64,000 bases of DNA from Selaginella moellendorffii (taxonomy: Eukaryota; Plantae; Lycopodiophyta), in the NCBI RefSeq assembly GCF_000143415.4, contig NW_003314263.1:3730451-3794450 (forward strand), read 5' to 3'. Under the pieces are notes generated by a model. That model was given only the letters and a program-made list of their open reading frames with translations. It ran no database searches and had not been told where the DNA came from. The translations under genes and the position numbers were made by a program. Shown piece after piece: positions 1-13,292 of the stretch. Each line of letters opens with the position of its first letter. Position 1 is the stretch's first letter.

Positions 1-250
1 CCCACTGGTAGAATGGATCGGAGCTTGTGGCAAAGACGGTGGCTTCCCAGCAAGTAGAGCACATGTCCTCCTTGACGATATCTGGGTAGTAATCCCCTGG
101 AGGTGGCTTGCTCATCTCTGGAACCGCGAAGATGGCAGTGACCACAAGTGTCGCCACGAAAGTTGCAAATGCGATGCCAATCACAAGCGCTCCAGTGAGT
201 TTCTCCCTTGGATTCAACATCAGTTTAGCTGCGCCTTGTGACTCTGCCAT
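1..250 (-). CDS. 5' part of a membrane protein gene running off the window edge; possibly PGG-domain-like
   Basis: Open frame from ATG at 250: MAESQGAAKLMLNPREKLTGALVIGIAFATFVATLVVTAIFAVPEMSKPPPGDYY..., with one hydrophobic helix resembling the PGG-domain ATLIATV.FAAAFT.P segment. TATA-like CTATATAAG on the minus strand at ~302-310. Confidence 0.55.
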   Translation of the reverse strand, partial: MAESQGAAKLMLNPREKLTGALVIGIAFATFVATLVVTAIFAVPEMSKPPPGDYYPDIVKEDMCSTCWEATVFATSSDPFYQW

Positions 251-480
251 AGCTCCAATCTTCTCTGCTCAAACAGATTATGCGGTGGATTGGAATGAAA
301 GCTTATATAGTCACTTTTAAGTTTAATACTGTAAGTAAATGGAGAATAAAGTGATTATTCCCTTCGCATAATGGGAGTATGGGTGTATAGCTTTATGTTT
401 ATTAATAAGATGCTTATATCATGCTTTTCATCAACAACGCCTATTAAGTCGTCCATCTCGAGAGAACTTTCGTAGTCACA

Positions 481-1401
481 ATGGTTTCTTTTCTTGCTCT
501 TGCTCGATTTCTCCTTGTTCTTCTTCTTTCATCGTTTGATCTTGCCTTCTCAATCGAGCTCGCTGGTGTGCTAAATCCCGAGGACATTTCCCTCCCACCG
601 AGAGATCCAAGGTCCCAGTCCGTGGATTCCTACTGTCGCACCTTCCAGTTTAGCGTTGCATCTGGAAACCTCTTGAGCTGGAGGGTCCCTGCCGAGTGTG
701 TTCCATACGTCCGGAGGTACACCACCGGGCCACAGTACCAAGCCGACGTCCAAGCTGCAACGAGCTTGGCACTACAGCAAGCCCAGACTTTCTGCGCCAG
801 GCCCGGCATTGATGCGTGGCTGTTTGATGTCGATGGTACTCTCCTCTCAACCACGCCCTACTTTGCTACAAAGCAGTTCGGGTAACGTCTGGATCTATCT
901 CTTCCTCCCCCTGTTGAAAGTTAATACTTTGCAGAGCTGGAAGCTACAACGACACTGACTTTAACTTGTGGGCCGCCAGAGGCGTCGCCCCGGCGATCGT
1001 TCCAGTGAGGACCTTCTACCGGACGCTTCTCAGGACGAACTGGACAGTGTTCCTCGTGTCCACACGCCCAGAGTCACTGCGGCGTGTGACTGTGAGGAAC
1101 TTACTCCGGGCGGGCTACAGAGGCTGGAAGAGGCTCTTCATGAGGTTTGTGAGCTTTAGATAACGTTGGCTAGCCTGTCATGACACCAGATGCTACTCTT
1201 GCTAGACGACCACTCTTCCAGACTCAAGACGAGAACCTTGTTGAAATAAAGAAAGCGAACAAACTGTCCAGGGGCTCGGCCGAGCAATCGATGAAAGATG
1301 CTGGGTATGACACCAAGGGAGCAACGAGCAACAAGCAAGACACAGGTGGTGACAAGAGCATTCCACAGTCTCTGGTGCCTGATCTCTCGGGTAACAAATA
1401 A
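481..1401 (+). CDS. HAD class B acid phosphatase / vegetative storage protein-like, secreted, with divergent C-terminus
   Basis: Signal peptide, YC...VP.EC..YV..Y and motif I WLFDVDGTLLST. Exons 481-881, 935-1144 (FN.W, LVSTRPE, NLLRAGY.GWKRLFMR) and probable 1206-1401; GT-AG introns. Confidence 0.85.
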
Positions 1402-1527
1402 AACTCAAGCAATACAATGCAAGAAACATACCTCAATAATAATGCAGATTTCGATTGATTAATAATTGAAACTAGTACCTCTTTATTTCACCACGATCAC
1501 CACGATGGACACAGATATTTTATCCGT

Positions 1528-3636
1528 TTACATGTTGGCTTTCACGTTGAGTTTTGTTGCAATCTTCTGACCAAGCATACGATCCGCCTGCACACGTTTC
1601 ATGGTTGAGTTTGATCACATGCTGTCTTTTCTTTCTTGTCTAACCTGAGACCAGTAAGAGAGCCAGATGCTACGGATTTCGTGGGTGACGCGCGGGTCGG
1701 ACAGAGCATCCACAACTCTCGCAATGAAACGCTCTTGCCTGGAAGAGGAGCAGAGATTCAGTTAAAACATGACTAGCTGAGAGAGAGGTTTGAGATCTTG
1801 CCTGTCAGCAGGCCAGGAGCGGAACCTTGCTCCTGGCTGAGCAAAGTTATTTTCCTTTTCAATCATCACCTACAAGAGAAAAACATTATTGCCAAAGCAT
1901 AAAATGAGAAGATGAAAGTTAGACTAGCCAAACCTTTTCTCGTCGACCACCGAGAGGGTGAGAAGGAATAGGCACTCGCTCAGCGTGACGGCAAGGATCA
2001 AAACGCGAAGGGAAATAGTTCACCTGCAAACACAGGATATAGAACGTATAAGCAAAAGCTTGTCATACCTCTTCGTCCCTGTGGGTGAAGTTCATGAATC
2101 CCTCGTGATGGTTGTTGTGATGAGCACACTTGGGAGCGTTCGCAGGAAGCAGCAAGTAATTCGGCCCCAGCCTGTGCCTCTGAGTGTCAGCGTACGAGAA
2201 AATTCGGGTCTGAAGCAGCTTGTCGTCCGTGTAATAAACTCCAGGCACCACCAAAGCGGGGCAGAAAGCCAGCTGCTCGTTCTCCGCAAAGAAGTTGTCG
2301 ATGTTCTTGTTTAAAACTAGCCGACCCACGGGCTGCAGCGGGAAGAGATCCTCGGGCCACGTCTTGGTAACATCCAAAGGATCGAAGTCGTAGTTGTTCT
2401 CGTTCTTGATTTCCATGGTCTGGATAAACAGCTTCCACTCGGGATAGTTCCCTGCTGCAATAGAGTCTTGCAGATCCTGCGTTGCATGGCTGTGGTTCGA
2501 TCCACCAACGATGACTGCCTGTTCTTCCAGCAAGCTCTTGACACCACAAGTTGGCTTCCAGTGGAACTTCACGTAGGAGCACTTGCCAGCCCGGTTCACG
2601 AGGGTGAAAGTGTGGACGCCAAAGCCCTCCATATGACGATAGTTGAGCGGGATGCCAATATCGTCGAGCAGGAACGTGAACATGTGAAGACTCTCGGGAT
2701 GGTGCGAGAANNNNNNNNNNNNNNNNNNNNNNNNNNNNNNNNNNNNNNNNNNNNNNNNNNNNNNNNNNNNNNNNNNNNNNNNNNNNNNNNNNNNNNNNNN
2801 NNNNNNNNNNCTGGATATGAGTCCTTGGGTTGGGCTTCAGCGCATGGACCATGTCAGGGAACTTCATTCCATCCCGGACGAAGAACACGGGAAAATTGTT
2901 TCCAACCATATCAAAGTTTCCCTGCATCCACAACACAACATTCTTTGAGAAAAACGAAAGAAAGCAAAACAAAAAGACTACAAACCTCTCGAGTGTAGAA
3001 CTTGACCGCAAAGCCTCGAGGATCTCGAAGAGTTTCTGGGCTGCCACGCTCGTGAATGACAGTAGAGAACCGCACGATAACGGGAGTTTGCACTCCGGGA
3101 GCTCTCAGGAAATCGGCACAAGTGAGGTGGGATACGTCGTGGGTCACCTCGAAAAATCCCTTGGCACTCGCTCCTCGTGCATGCACGACACGCTCGGGAA
3201 TTCTTTCACGATCAAACTGGGCCAGCTTCTCGACCAGATGATAATCCTCGAGAAGGATAGGACCTGGCAAGAAAAAAAAAACAAAAAATAAAGATACAAT
3301 GAAGTAAGTATTTTGGGCTATGGATAGAAAGAAATTGTGTACCTCGAGAGCCCACGGTGAGCGACGCATTGTTGTTCCACACAGGAGCGCCAGTGTTCGT
3401 GGTGAAATGGGCCGAATTATAGGCGCTGGAAGGGCGATACTGGAGAAATCCAAGGAAATTTTGTCAAATCGTGAAGAAATCGAGCAAGAAGATCAAGAAA
3501 TGGCGAGGCCTAGACCACGATTGCGAAGAAACTGCTCTAGATTGATCCGGCACCGCAATGCGCAAAGAATCAATAAGCTACTCTACGCTAGCTGCTACGG
3601 CACAAAAGGTGAGAATCAAACCTTATAGGGATCCAT
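1528..3636 (-). CDS. CAT: Catalase, 8 exons, with an assembly gap inside exon 4
   Basis: MDPYK start, [16 protein letters not shown] active-site motif, [14 protein letters not shown] heme-ligand motif. Exons 3622-3636, 3343-3439, 2986-3263, 2069-2921, 1934-2023, 1802-1869, 1645-1738, 1528-1587. Confidence 0.98.
2711..2810. other. Assembly gap (100 N)
   Basis: Run of 100 N. Flanks translate to ...THIQ / FSHHPES, where plant catalases have only ~8 residues. Confidence 0.99.
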
Positions 3637-4104
3637 CGAGCGGAAGAAATCGCGCGCCAAGCTAGCACACGATTTTGGGCACGGCGCCCTCACCGCCTTG
3701 CCCTCTCGCGATATGAACCAAGGCTCGAGGGATATACCCAGGAATATTTCCAAAAAGAGTGACCGTCGATGCGCCTTAGATCCAAGGGTGGATGATTTGG
3801 AAAGATAAGCATCGTAGTAAATAGAGATTCTTGGCCGTTGGATTGCAATCGGACGGGTAGAAGTGCTCCTCAAAGGCCGTTGTGGCCACGTATGACTGGT
3901 GTACACGTGCTATGTTGTGTATGGCGAGACTGTGGCCGCCACACGAATTATTGAGATTAGAGCGAGAGAGAAATTTTTTTATTTTTCTTTCTCTTTGGGG
4001 AATGGCGCCGAAGAGTTGCTAAATCTGGCTAAATGCGAGTATTCGAAGAATAAGAATATTAAAGAATATGCTGGGGATTTAGGGCTCGACCGAAGCTATT
4101 AGCG

Positions 4105-7100
4105 ATGGAGGCCAAGGATCCGTTCGCGATCCTCTGGGACAAGCTCCAGGCGCCCCATCCTCTCCTCCAGCGCGTTGCGGTGAGCTCAATATTCCAGCGC
4201 TTTGCAGCGGCGCCAGATGCGGCATTGATGATGTCGCAAGCGGGATCCGGCAAGGAAGCGCTGGTGCGATGTCTCGCGTCGCAGAACCCCTGCATTGTCG
4301 ATCAGAGCGTCCGGGAGCTGTGTAAGATTGCGAAATCGGGTGGGATTTCGCTCGGCCAGGCGGTGATGATCTTGCAAGCGTCGCTGGATTCAGTGACGTC
4401 GTCCATCTCGCTACATGTTTTGGTTTGCGGGATTGGATTCCTTTGCCGGCTCCATGTTGCTGGCCATGACAATTCGATCACAGTTCATCCTCTTCTCAAG
4501 GTACTCAGTTTTCTTGTTTTTCCATCTCCTTCGTTGTGATAATTTATTTATCTGTTGGAAGCTAGGCTCTACAATCTCGTGAAGAAACATCCTCGTCGAT
4601 CATCCAGCAAGTTCGTCTCGTTCTACTGCACGCGAGTGATCATCAACGTGCCATGCAGTTCATCCAGCCGTTTCTCACGCGTGTTTTTCTCGATCCGTCG
4701 CGAATGAGGAGCAGTTTTGCTCGAGGGCTTCACTCGAATCTCTGTGCGATTGCCATCTCCCGTCCCTGTTTGGCTCCTGGATTGATGAAGCTACTGATTC
4801 AGTATGCCCAGTCTCGTTTCCTTGAGACTCCCCAGGCAAGTATCCTTTCATTGTATTTTACAAAGTTTGTATCACTAATGTGGACGCTTCAGGATATAGA
4901 ATTTCTATGCGAGGGGATTCAAGAACTCATGGATTTGCTCGAGGAAAGCTCGCATTTCTCCGAAATGGTATATGTGCGTTTCATTTCTGTGGTGACGTTA
5001 CATGATGATGTTTAGGAGGATTTTACCAGTCCAATACTGGAGCTTTTGTTCGGGCTATGGCATGAGAGCAAAACACATTCCCTGCCGTCTCTGCCATTTG
5101 TCTGCCTTGTGCGAAGGATAAGTCTTCTTCCGAGCAAACCTCAGAGGCTGGATGTCTACTTGGCGTCCTTGGCTTACCTTCTGGCTATATCAGAATTAGA
5201 GCAAGAACAACTTTCGATACTTGCTCTTGCACAGACTTGGCTCGAAAAAGGTTCTCTGTTTCTATCTTTTCTAAAATAACTCTGACTGTGCGCGATACTT
5301 TCAGATTCCAACTTCACTTTACAGTCGTTGTTATTCTGGATATTTCCGACGTTGCACATATTAACCTCGCCATCTAGCCTTTTGAAACAAGCAGCTACCT
5401 CGCTGCTTAAGAAGATCGATCGTCTCTTAAGTGATGGAAGTTTGCTGAACGTAAAAGCTGGTAAGAGTGAGAGCATGCAGCTGGGAGGACTGGCCTATGA
5501 GCTGTTATGCTCCCTGTGGACAAAGGAAGCTGACGTTGAAGCGTGGTTTAAGACGCTCACGACTCATCTGAGTGATTCTGGTAAATGTGTTGTTTATAGC
5601 TTATTACTACTGACTTATTTCTTCAGATTTTCCCATGCTACTCGCCATCTTGACGACTGCCCTGACATTTCACCCTTCGTCAAAGATCTCTGGTTTTGCC
5701 ATCAATATGTTGGCTTTATTAGGACAACATCACGCTGTATGGGGAATATCATTGTTTCCCGTCTTTCTGTTCTCTTTGAAGTATCACCAACGACATGACG
5801 TGAACACAAATGTGGTGGTAAGATAAACGATATCGCTTTTCAGAACTTACTGTTTACCTTTCTAGATAGCTTTTTTGAACGCTCTTCCGGATATATGTGG
5901 TCATCCAACCACCGTGCCATTGAGCATGCATTTGCTTCAGCATATGGTGGACTATAAGGAAAATTTGTGCGTAAAAATGTGTCTTCATTGCGTACGTTCT
6001 CCCTAATGCATTTCTATTTTAATACTTCTATACAAGACTACTGGCTTTATGAGTGATTTAGAATTGCCAGCATGCATTGTCATCTTTTCTTGTTTTAAAA
6101 TTTTAACAAACAACTCTTTTTTTCCTTCTTTCGCAGGCGTATTCAAGCAACATCTATCCGATTGATCTATAAGATCTGGCAACATACGGATCGTGCATAT
6201 TCCTTCTTACAGGTAAATTGTTCTGTAGCAAAACATCTTATGATTTAGTGTCCTTATCCGTTAGAAAACATTAGTACCGTCATGGTTTTCTCAAGCCAAA
6301 GAGGAAACAGATGTACTACTGAGCAGAGCGACATCACTGAGGGATCTGTGTGGTCATGATCCCGATGTGGGTATAGAGCTTATTTTATCAGTACAGGTAA
6401 AGAAGAGCTTGAAGTGTTCCAGTTGTTGATACCTTTCAATTAGGCTTGCGTAGAGTGCAGGTCACCTGTTGTCAAGGCGCTGGGATTGCAGAGTCTCTCG
6501 TTTCTCTGTGGCCACGATGCTATCGGTAAGCGGACAAAATCTTTTTCTGGAACTCAGTTTTTATTATTTAGATTTTTACACGGCTTGGAAGGTGATTGCG
6601 AAATTATTTTCACCTCTTCCGGTAAGCCCTTCGATTTCTGAAAGGTACGTTATTTCTTCAGAGGAACTCGAGCTAAATACTAAAGTTCAAGCTGGTAGTT
6701 TTTGCATGTTGCTTAAGCATGGAGCTCTCGATGCCAATCTGAATGCTGAAGATGCCCATGCAGTATTGAATGCGCTCTGGGAATTTTCTTCATGTGACAA
6801 GCAGCCATCTGAAGAGTGGTATCGAACGAGATCAGCAGCTGTAGAATCGCTTTGTGAATACGAGGTATGCATACACGCATTTCTAAGCAAATTGAATTGT
6901 GTGAATAAGTAGGTGGAGCTACTCAAAGAGACTATGGTAAATGAAGGGAAGCATGTGGATATACTTCTACGCGGGGCCAGTACTGCCGCTAAATACCAAT
7001 GCGAGAGACTTGTTGCCAAGTTTCTTGACTACGAGCATAAGTGCGTGCTTTCATTTACAATCTTTTTCGTAACGTCTATTTGCATGTAGCACGCGGCAAA

Positions 7101-10100
7101 GAGCTACTACTGAGAAGGTTATCATGTCGAAGCTTGAAAAGATGCTAGAAAGCATTCCTCGTACATTTACCAGCTCGACTCGTAAGACAATGGGTTGCTC
7201 TTGCGTTGTATTAAATTTTTCTTGTATGCTGCAGAAAACGACTATCCAGGCTCGCTCTTATTTTTTTGGAATGCAAGCCGAGGGAGTTTAGCAACGGCGA
7301 AGAAATCGGTAAGTATATAGCTGCTTTTTATATTTATTTGGAGAGCTTACAACAATCATCTGCATCTGCAGGCTTTGAGGGTCGAAGAGGAAGGCCTCAA
7401 GAGCGTATTCTTCGAAGTCGCAAAAACCTTAAATGTTTCCGGAGATTTGATCATGGTGTTAATTTCGCTGTTCTCTTGGTCCTGCTTCATGCATCAGTGG
7501 CTAAAACTCGGCTGTCAACTCCATGGAAACGCTGAAGTAGCGTGTGAACATATAGTCAAGGTAAAATAGTTTTGGCGTGCGAATTTCTGTTGTGTTTACT
7601 TATTTTGCAGCAGGCCTGTATTGATGCTTCTGAGGAAGGGATCCCACGAGTTTCTGAAAACTCAACTCTTGCTTTGGCAGCATTTTCCCGGGTACGTATG
7701 AGTGGCCATAGCCTATCTAACTTGAGGTTATGCAGTCGTTACGCCAACCTAGTTTGGCATCAAGTTCTGTTGCAAGATATCTTGAGTCAAGAATATCTTC
7801 TTTGGAGCATCAATCTGCGCAATGCTCGGCAGCCGTGTCCCTCGGAGTGCTAACAACTTCCTTGCATCCCACAGACTGGGATGTTAAAGCTAATGCAGTG
7901 CGCTTGCTGATACAGGTGAGCTACATGATTTTGGATTTCATTTCTAACTTAACTATTTATTCAGTCTGCAACCGAGGCCGACAACGCATTTGTCGTCGGG
8001 TCAGCTGCTACGGGGCTCGGGATCGCTTGCCAAAGCCTGTTCTTGTCAGAATTTTCCAGCATGGGCAGCTCGAAAGAATGCGCGTTGCTGTCCGACATTG
8101 TACACTGTGTTTTGAAGCTGCTTGCTCTCCGCTGTCCCCAGATTTTCTCGACAATGTTGGCACTATCTCAAGACAGCTTTTTTACAACAGAGGTGTTCAC
8201 TCAGGAAACGAACGTGAAAGATTCAAGGAATGAGGAGGATGACCTTTGGGCTATAGTGGGTCTGGTATGGGCCTTGGGAAAGTCGGTGACGCCCCTCGGC
8301 AAAGCAGGAAAGACAACGCTGGTAAAACGTATCACTCAAGCAGTGTTCTCTTGGATACCAGACTCTATTGACGAAGTCGGAACGATGTGTCTTGCAACAG
8401 GCGCTTCTTTGGTGCTCCCGACGTGCGTGGAAGCATCAGACAGGCTTGAGCTACTAGAGTTGGCGGAGATAGAGTCACTATTGAGCCGACTCGGTAGTTT
8501 CGTGCGGCAGATCGTCGACTTGCCTCAGTCAAAGCGGAGCTCACAGCCTTGGCTTGCGCATGTTTTCAAGGCTAGCTGCATCGGTTATGGAGGCCTTGTG
8601 GCAAAGGTTCTTCAGACAGGAGCACATCCGCTGGCTCAGGAAACAGTGAGAGACTTGCTGGAAACTCTTCACAGAGGCTACACGCAGGTGGAAGATGCGC
8701 ATTACTGTCTCGGAGCAATGCTCGGGCTGGCAAACGCTCTTGGAGCTGGTGTTGCCTCAGAGTTCGAACCTCAAGGAGCCGAGCAACACGTAGTCTCTTC
8801 TTTACAAGCTGGAAACAAGGTGACAACTCCTCTTATGTTCAGCAGTGCTCACGGGGGGACGCTGAGAACAATGTTACAACAAATAGTTCGCATCTCTCAT
8901 TCAAGCGAAGGTGGCCGGTTGAGAGGCTACGCAAGGTGGTGCCTTGCTATTATGCACACTGCATGGCTACGTGTGAGCCAAGGGCGGGTGTCAGCAGAAG
9001 GTAGTGAGCGGCCCACTAGAGCAACAGTTCGTTGGAGCTATCAGCCGGTTAGCTTGTCAAGTCTTCCAGCGCACAGCACCTTGCGTTTGCTGAGCGAGTG
9101 GCTGTCCAGCATTGGATTGACGAAGGTAAAGAATGTGACTTTAGCTGCTATGATGCTTATCTTCGTATGTTTTCTTTGGTTCAGGTCGGTATTCCATGTG
9201 ATGAGGTCATCAGTGTGATGCGATGCTTAGAAGAGGCTCCGAGACTCCCTATGCTCGACTGGGGAGGTCTGATACGTCGAATCATGCAGCACAAGGAGTG
9301 GTTTCTGCAGCCATCGTCAGGTCCCGATCATGGAGACGTTAGAAACCGGTGCTTGATCTTCTCTTTTCGTCATGCCGACAAAGTTCCTCCTCTAGCAAGT
9401 GTTCTGGACGAGGTATGTGAAGGCTCGAAGCTGGTCACTATCGAAACAAGTTTGCGGACAGTCGTGCTGAGCCGTCTCGGTGACCTCCACAAAATCTTCT
9501 CGCTAGCCCGCATGGAGAAACTTCTAGTCGACGTTATACAAGTACTTGGCAAACTCCAGACCGACGCTCGCGAATGCAGAGTCGAATGCTGGAAGGGACT
9601 TGCTAAGTTCTGGGCCACAGATACAAGAGATCTTCTCGTACACATCGAGAGCTGCATGAGACAGCTAATATCCATGTCTCCAGCACGTTTTATCGATCAC
9701 AACGACACGGAAGAGACCGAAAGAGATACAATGGAGTGGTCAGTAGCTCTGGAATGCCTGAAACACGCAAGGACGAGCTGGTTGCTAGACGTTTTCAAGG
9801 TAAGCTACATACGCTTACAGAAGTACATAATAGAAGGTTTGGCTTGCAGATCCAGGACGAAAGCTTTGGAAAGGTTGCGTTTGCAAGGTCTCGGCTGGCC
9901 GCTATGAAAGTTCTCCCACTGTCGTCACTGAAAGTCGTGCGTTCTCGACTGCTAGACAGGCAGATAACAGGTTCCTCCTCACTGGCATTTTTCCAGTCCT
10001 TTCTCTTCAGCTCGTTTCTTTTGCAGGACACTGGATGCTGATGACCGAATGTGCATTGGCTCTAAAGGACGCCCAGTTTGAAGATAAGCATGAGTGGTTA

Positions 10101-10514
10101 CTGGATACAATCGACACAGCTTACGTATCAAAGTTTCCCTCAACGGTAAGGCATTCTCTACATGGGCAAGAACTCACTCGGGATCTGTTTGTGAAGGCCA
10201 TTTCGTTCATGGCATTGCTTACGAGCATATGGAGCCCCGACTCGTACCTCTTCACTCTGAGCGAGCCACAGATAGTCCGTCAGCTTCCTCATAGCTTGCA
10301 GAAGCTTTTGGCAGAGAAGAAATGGAATCAAAGCGCGCGAGTTGTGGCAAGTAGACTCTTCTCTGTGATGGAACGAGTAGCCAAGCTGGGTGGAAGCATG
10401 GAAGAAGGAAATGTGGGAGAGGAGCTAATTGGAGCAGTGGAAAGTGCAGCCATCTCAATTAGGGAGCATGCCACTCCTGACTTGCTTGCAAAAGTGAGAA
10501 TGTCAACTAACTAG
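4105..10514 (+). CDS. RST1: RESURRECTION 1 / focadhesin-like ARM-repeat protein (multi-exon)
   Basis: N-terminus (KLQAPHPLLQRVAVSSIF, LVRCLASQNPCIVDQSVRELC), DFYTAWKVIAK, CLEEAPRLPMLDWGGLIRRIM and WLLDTID match the plant RST1 family; ~20 short introns. Confidence 0.9.
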
Positions 10515-11159
10515 ATTTTGTTAATAAAAAATGTTTATTTCTTTAAAAGTTTCCTTTAAAAATTATTTGGTAAATTAAAAATATCAAACCATTTTACTAT
10601 TAATATAGCAAAAGAATCTTTAGTATCATCTTTCATTTGAAAGTTCAAATTTATGCCCGCCTATGCTTTCCTCCGTCATGGACTAAAGGGTGTCATCAAG
10701 AAGTCAGGTGATCAACAGCAGAATCACACTGGACTCCTCCCGTTACTGTTATTTCAGGAATTGAACAAGGTACATTGGATGCTAACATTTTGTTTTTGGT
10801 AATAATATCAGCGTGCGGACAATAATCTGCCAATGGCAGACCAATGCCCGGACATCCCTGATCTCAGCGTCAGGAAATCATCCTGCTGCGGAGATTCCAC
10901 CATAGAGGTAGCGCTCGCAGTGAACAAAGTACGGCCTTCTAGTCATGTGAAACTTCGTTGTTATGTATAAGGATCATCTATTAGGTATTTACAGAGCTGC
11001 ATTATGATACTAGTACTTTGAAATATATAGAGAAATATTGTGTGTTTTGAGAAACTGAAATGCAAACAACTTGTGCTCAGTGCGAGAGCCAGATTTCCTA
11101 ACAAGCAGCAGATCCAAAAGGTCAGGTTTCATTTAGAGGTTTTCACTTGAGCAACTAAT

Positions 11160-11335
11160 TATAATATTCGGGTATGAAAGGACCAGCACGACAAACTTAA
11201 CTTCTGGTGCCGCTGCGATGGCACGACCGGCATCGGTGAAGACCTTCTAGCAGCCGAGCGATCCGGACGGGAAGATTGGCAAGGACACATTCACCATGGA
11301 TTATAGGTACCCTCTCTCGGTGTTTCTGCCAAGCC
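11160..11335 (+). pseudogene. Tubby-like protein C-terminal fragment, with deletions and a stop
   Basis: Translates to HDKLNFWC...ASVKTF*...GKIGKDTFTMDYRYPLSVF, matching the Tubby C-terminal motif FGK.GKD.FTMDYRYPLSAFQAF. Confidence 0.75.
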
Positions 11336-11808
11336 TCCTCTCTTTTCATGAGCTTCTGCTTTTCTCAACATAGGATTGACCATCTTGCACGGATTTGAGT
11401 TGTGGTCTGATACCAACGTGCAAACTTAACCACAGCCTGCGAAAGAACAGCACGCAAGTGCTGTGTGAATTTGCAAAGTAACCAAGTAGACAGTCAAATC
11501 GTGAGTTGTTAAAATCAGAGCTTGTGACAGGAAGATGTAGACTCATATATGAAGGCACAACTATCATCTCCAAAGTAGCAACTAACCTCCTATTCTACAA
11601 GGAAACATAAATTCCACAGGCAAGAAAACTTGTGTGTTCACCAGGTAGCTGGCGGCCAAGTGTCTAGCTCATTTTGGCCTTTTTTGCTGCATCATCCCTT
11701 GAGCTTTCCTCCCCAGTTAAGACCATTCGTTTCTTCACATAGTTCATATACCCTCGTTTATGATCCACCATTTCAAAAGCTCCCCAACCATCCTGCAAAA
11801 TCAATATG

Positions 11809-13015
11809 TTAAACTATACCAGCTTTGATCGATTCATTTACCGTGTAGATCCCTCTCGACTCATCCTTATGAAGGAACCGCGGTACCACAGCTCGACACT
11901 CTTCCCCTGCATACTCAGAAATGCCTCTGTCCTCATAATTAAAATCAAAGTGCTCTTGTATCATCTGGAGGCCAGGAAAACCATTATGTAACCCATAGCG
12001 TATCTTGTCTGAAGTCTCTGACCCGAATTCGGCAAGGCCACACAGCTTAACTTGAAGGCCTGCATCCTTCATTGCATGGTAAACGCTGGAATCTGAACCT
12101 TTTAGCAACGGAACAACATCATCGTAGGTCACATCCTCATACTCATCTTTCAGAACATGCTGGTGTGTGCATAGATAGTCATGGACACATGCATATACCA
12201 ATTTCTCCTTGTCCTTCAAATTAGCAGCAGCCTCTTGGATCGATTTCAAGATACCCTGTGGGAAAGAGTCCACCTCTGCCTCCCAAGTTGCCTTGTAGAG
12301 CTTGTAGATGAGTGAAACTCTATAACCTGACTTCACCTCTCTCACCTCAACAGAGGCGGCATCGGTTGTAAAACCCACCCACCTGAACGTCGTACTTTCA
12401 TTTGTGGCCGCCGACACATGCTTCTTCCCTTGACAAGAGGTGATCACAACTTCACCTCCAGTGTATGTCCCAGGAAGTATCACCTCCAATTTCCCGACTT
12501 GTTGATTTGAACTTTCCTCATCTGGCTCCAAATCGAAGCTTTCCTTTTCTTCTTCTTCGTCCTGCTCTGCTTCGTTGCTGGTTTGGCCGGCTTTATAATT
12601 CTCCCTTGTGAAGTCACCCGCCCCGTAAATCCTAACTTGTTCCAGCTTTGCCTGCAGCACTGAGTCCGGTTTCAGGATATGCCCTGCCTTCTGTACGATC
12701 CCAAAATTCTCAAGCTGGAAATTGGTGAGAACGTCTTCAGGGCTTAAGCACCAGGCTCTCCCGCCATCTAACAGACCTCATGTTGTTACTAGCTCAATAG
12801 TACCAATCAAATACTGAAAAGAAGTACCTTTGAACTCAACTTTGGGGTAGGGCAAATCGGAAGAAATTGGCAGCTCAAGCACTTGTCCCTAACATCAGAG
12901 ATAAATCCCGTAAACATAGGACATAATCGAATGAGGATACCTTGTAGACCAGTTTAACCGGATCAGCAGACACATTCTGCGCCTTACCTCCACACGAGAA
13001 AGGTACCAGCTTCAT
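11809..13015 (-). CDS. Fungal-type 2OG-Fe(II) oxygenase-like protein lacking the metal-binding triad
   Basis: Spliced model: MKLVPFSCGG..PVKLVYK | GQVLELPISS...K | DGGRAWCLSPEDVLTNF...AKLEQVRIYGAGDF...GKLEVILPGTYTGGEVVI...WVGFTTD..VEVREVKSGYRVSLIYKLY...LLKGSD. Exons ~12939-13015, ~12828-12888, 11809-12767. The 3' end may splice further to ~11773. Confidence 0.8.
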
Positions 13016-13292
13016 CCTCTTTGTTTGAACCCTAACCTCAGCACGTTTATATACACGTAACACGTGGCGTGCTCCACACGACGGCTTCGAGAAAATATAC
13101 CCTATTCCCATGGTACCATGTCGGTCGGTGAAAAGAGATTTTTGTGCGCCTACCTGGCAACATCATTGCCGCCGGCTCTGCCGATCTGACGGCTGTGATG
13201 TGAACCCCGGTTAAGCTGCTAACCTCTCGCGGCAAAGTAAAATGACATAGGCCTTACCTAACCCTAAAGTGTCTACACTTACTGATGATGTT

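Noticed and set aside
2711-2810. Apparent frameshift or insertion in catalase
   Set aside because: It is a 100-N placeholder gap; about 24 nt are expected to be missing.
10600-11150. Possible exon relics (also 14300-14820, 34800-35600, 37300-38700, 51560-51830)
   Set aside because: Short, stop-interrupted frames with no family I can recognise. A ~55-nt piece at 35297-35350 recurs at 44121-44173 but is uninformative.
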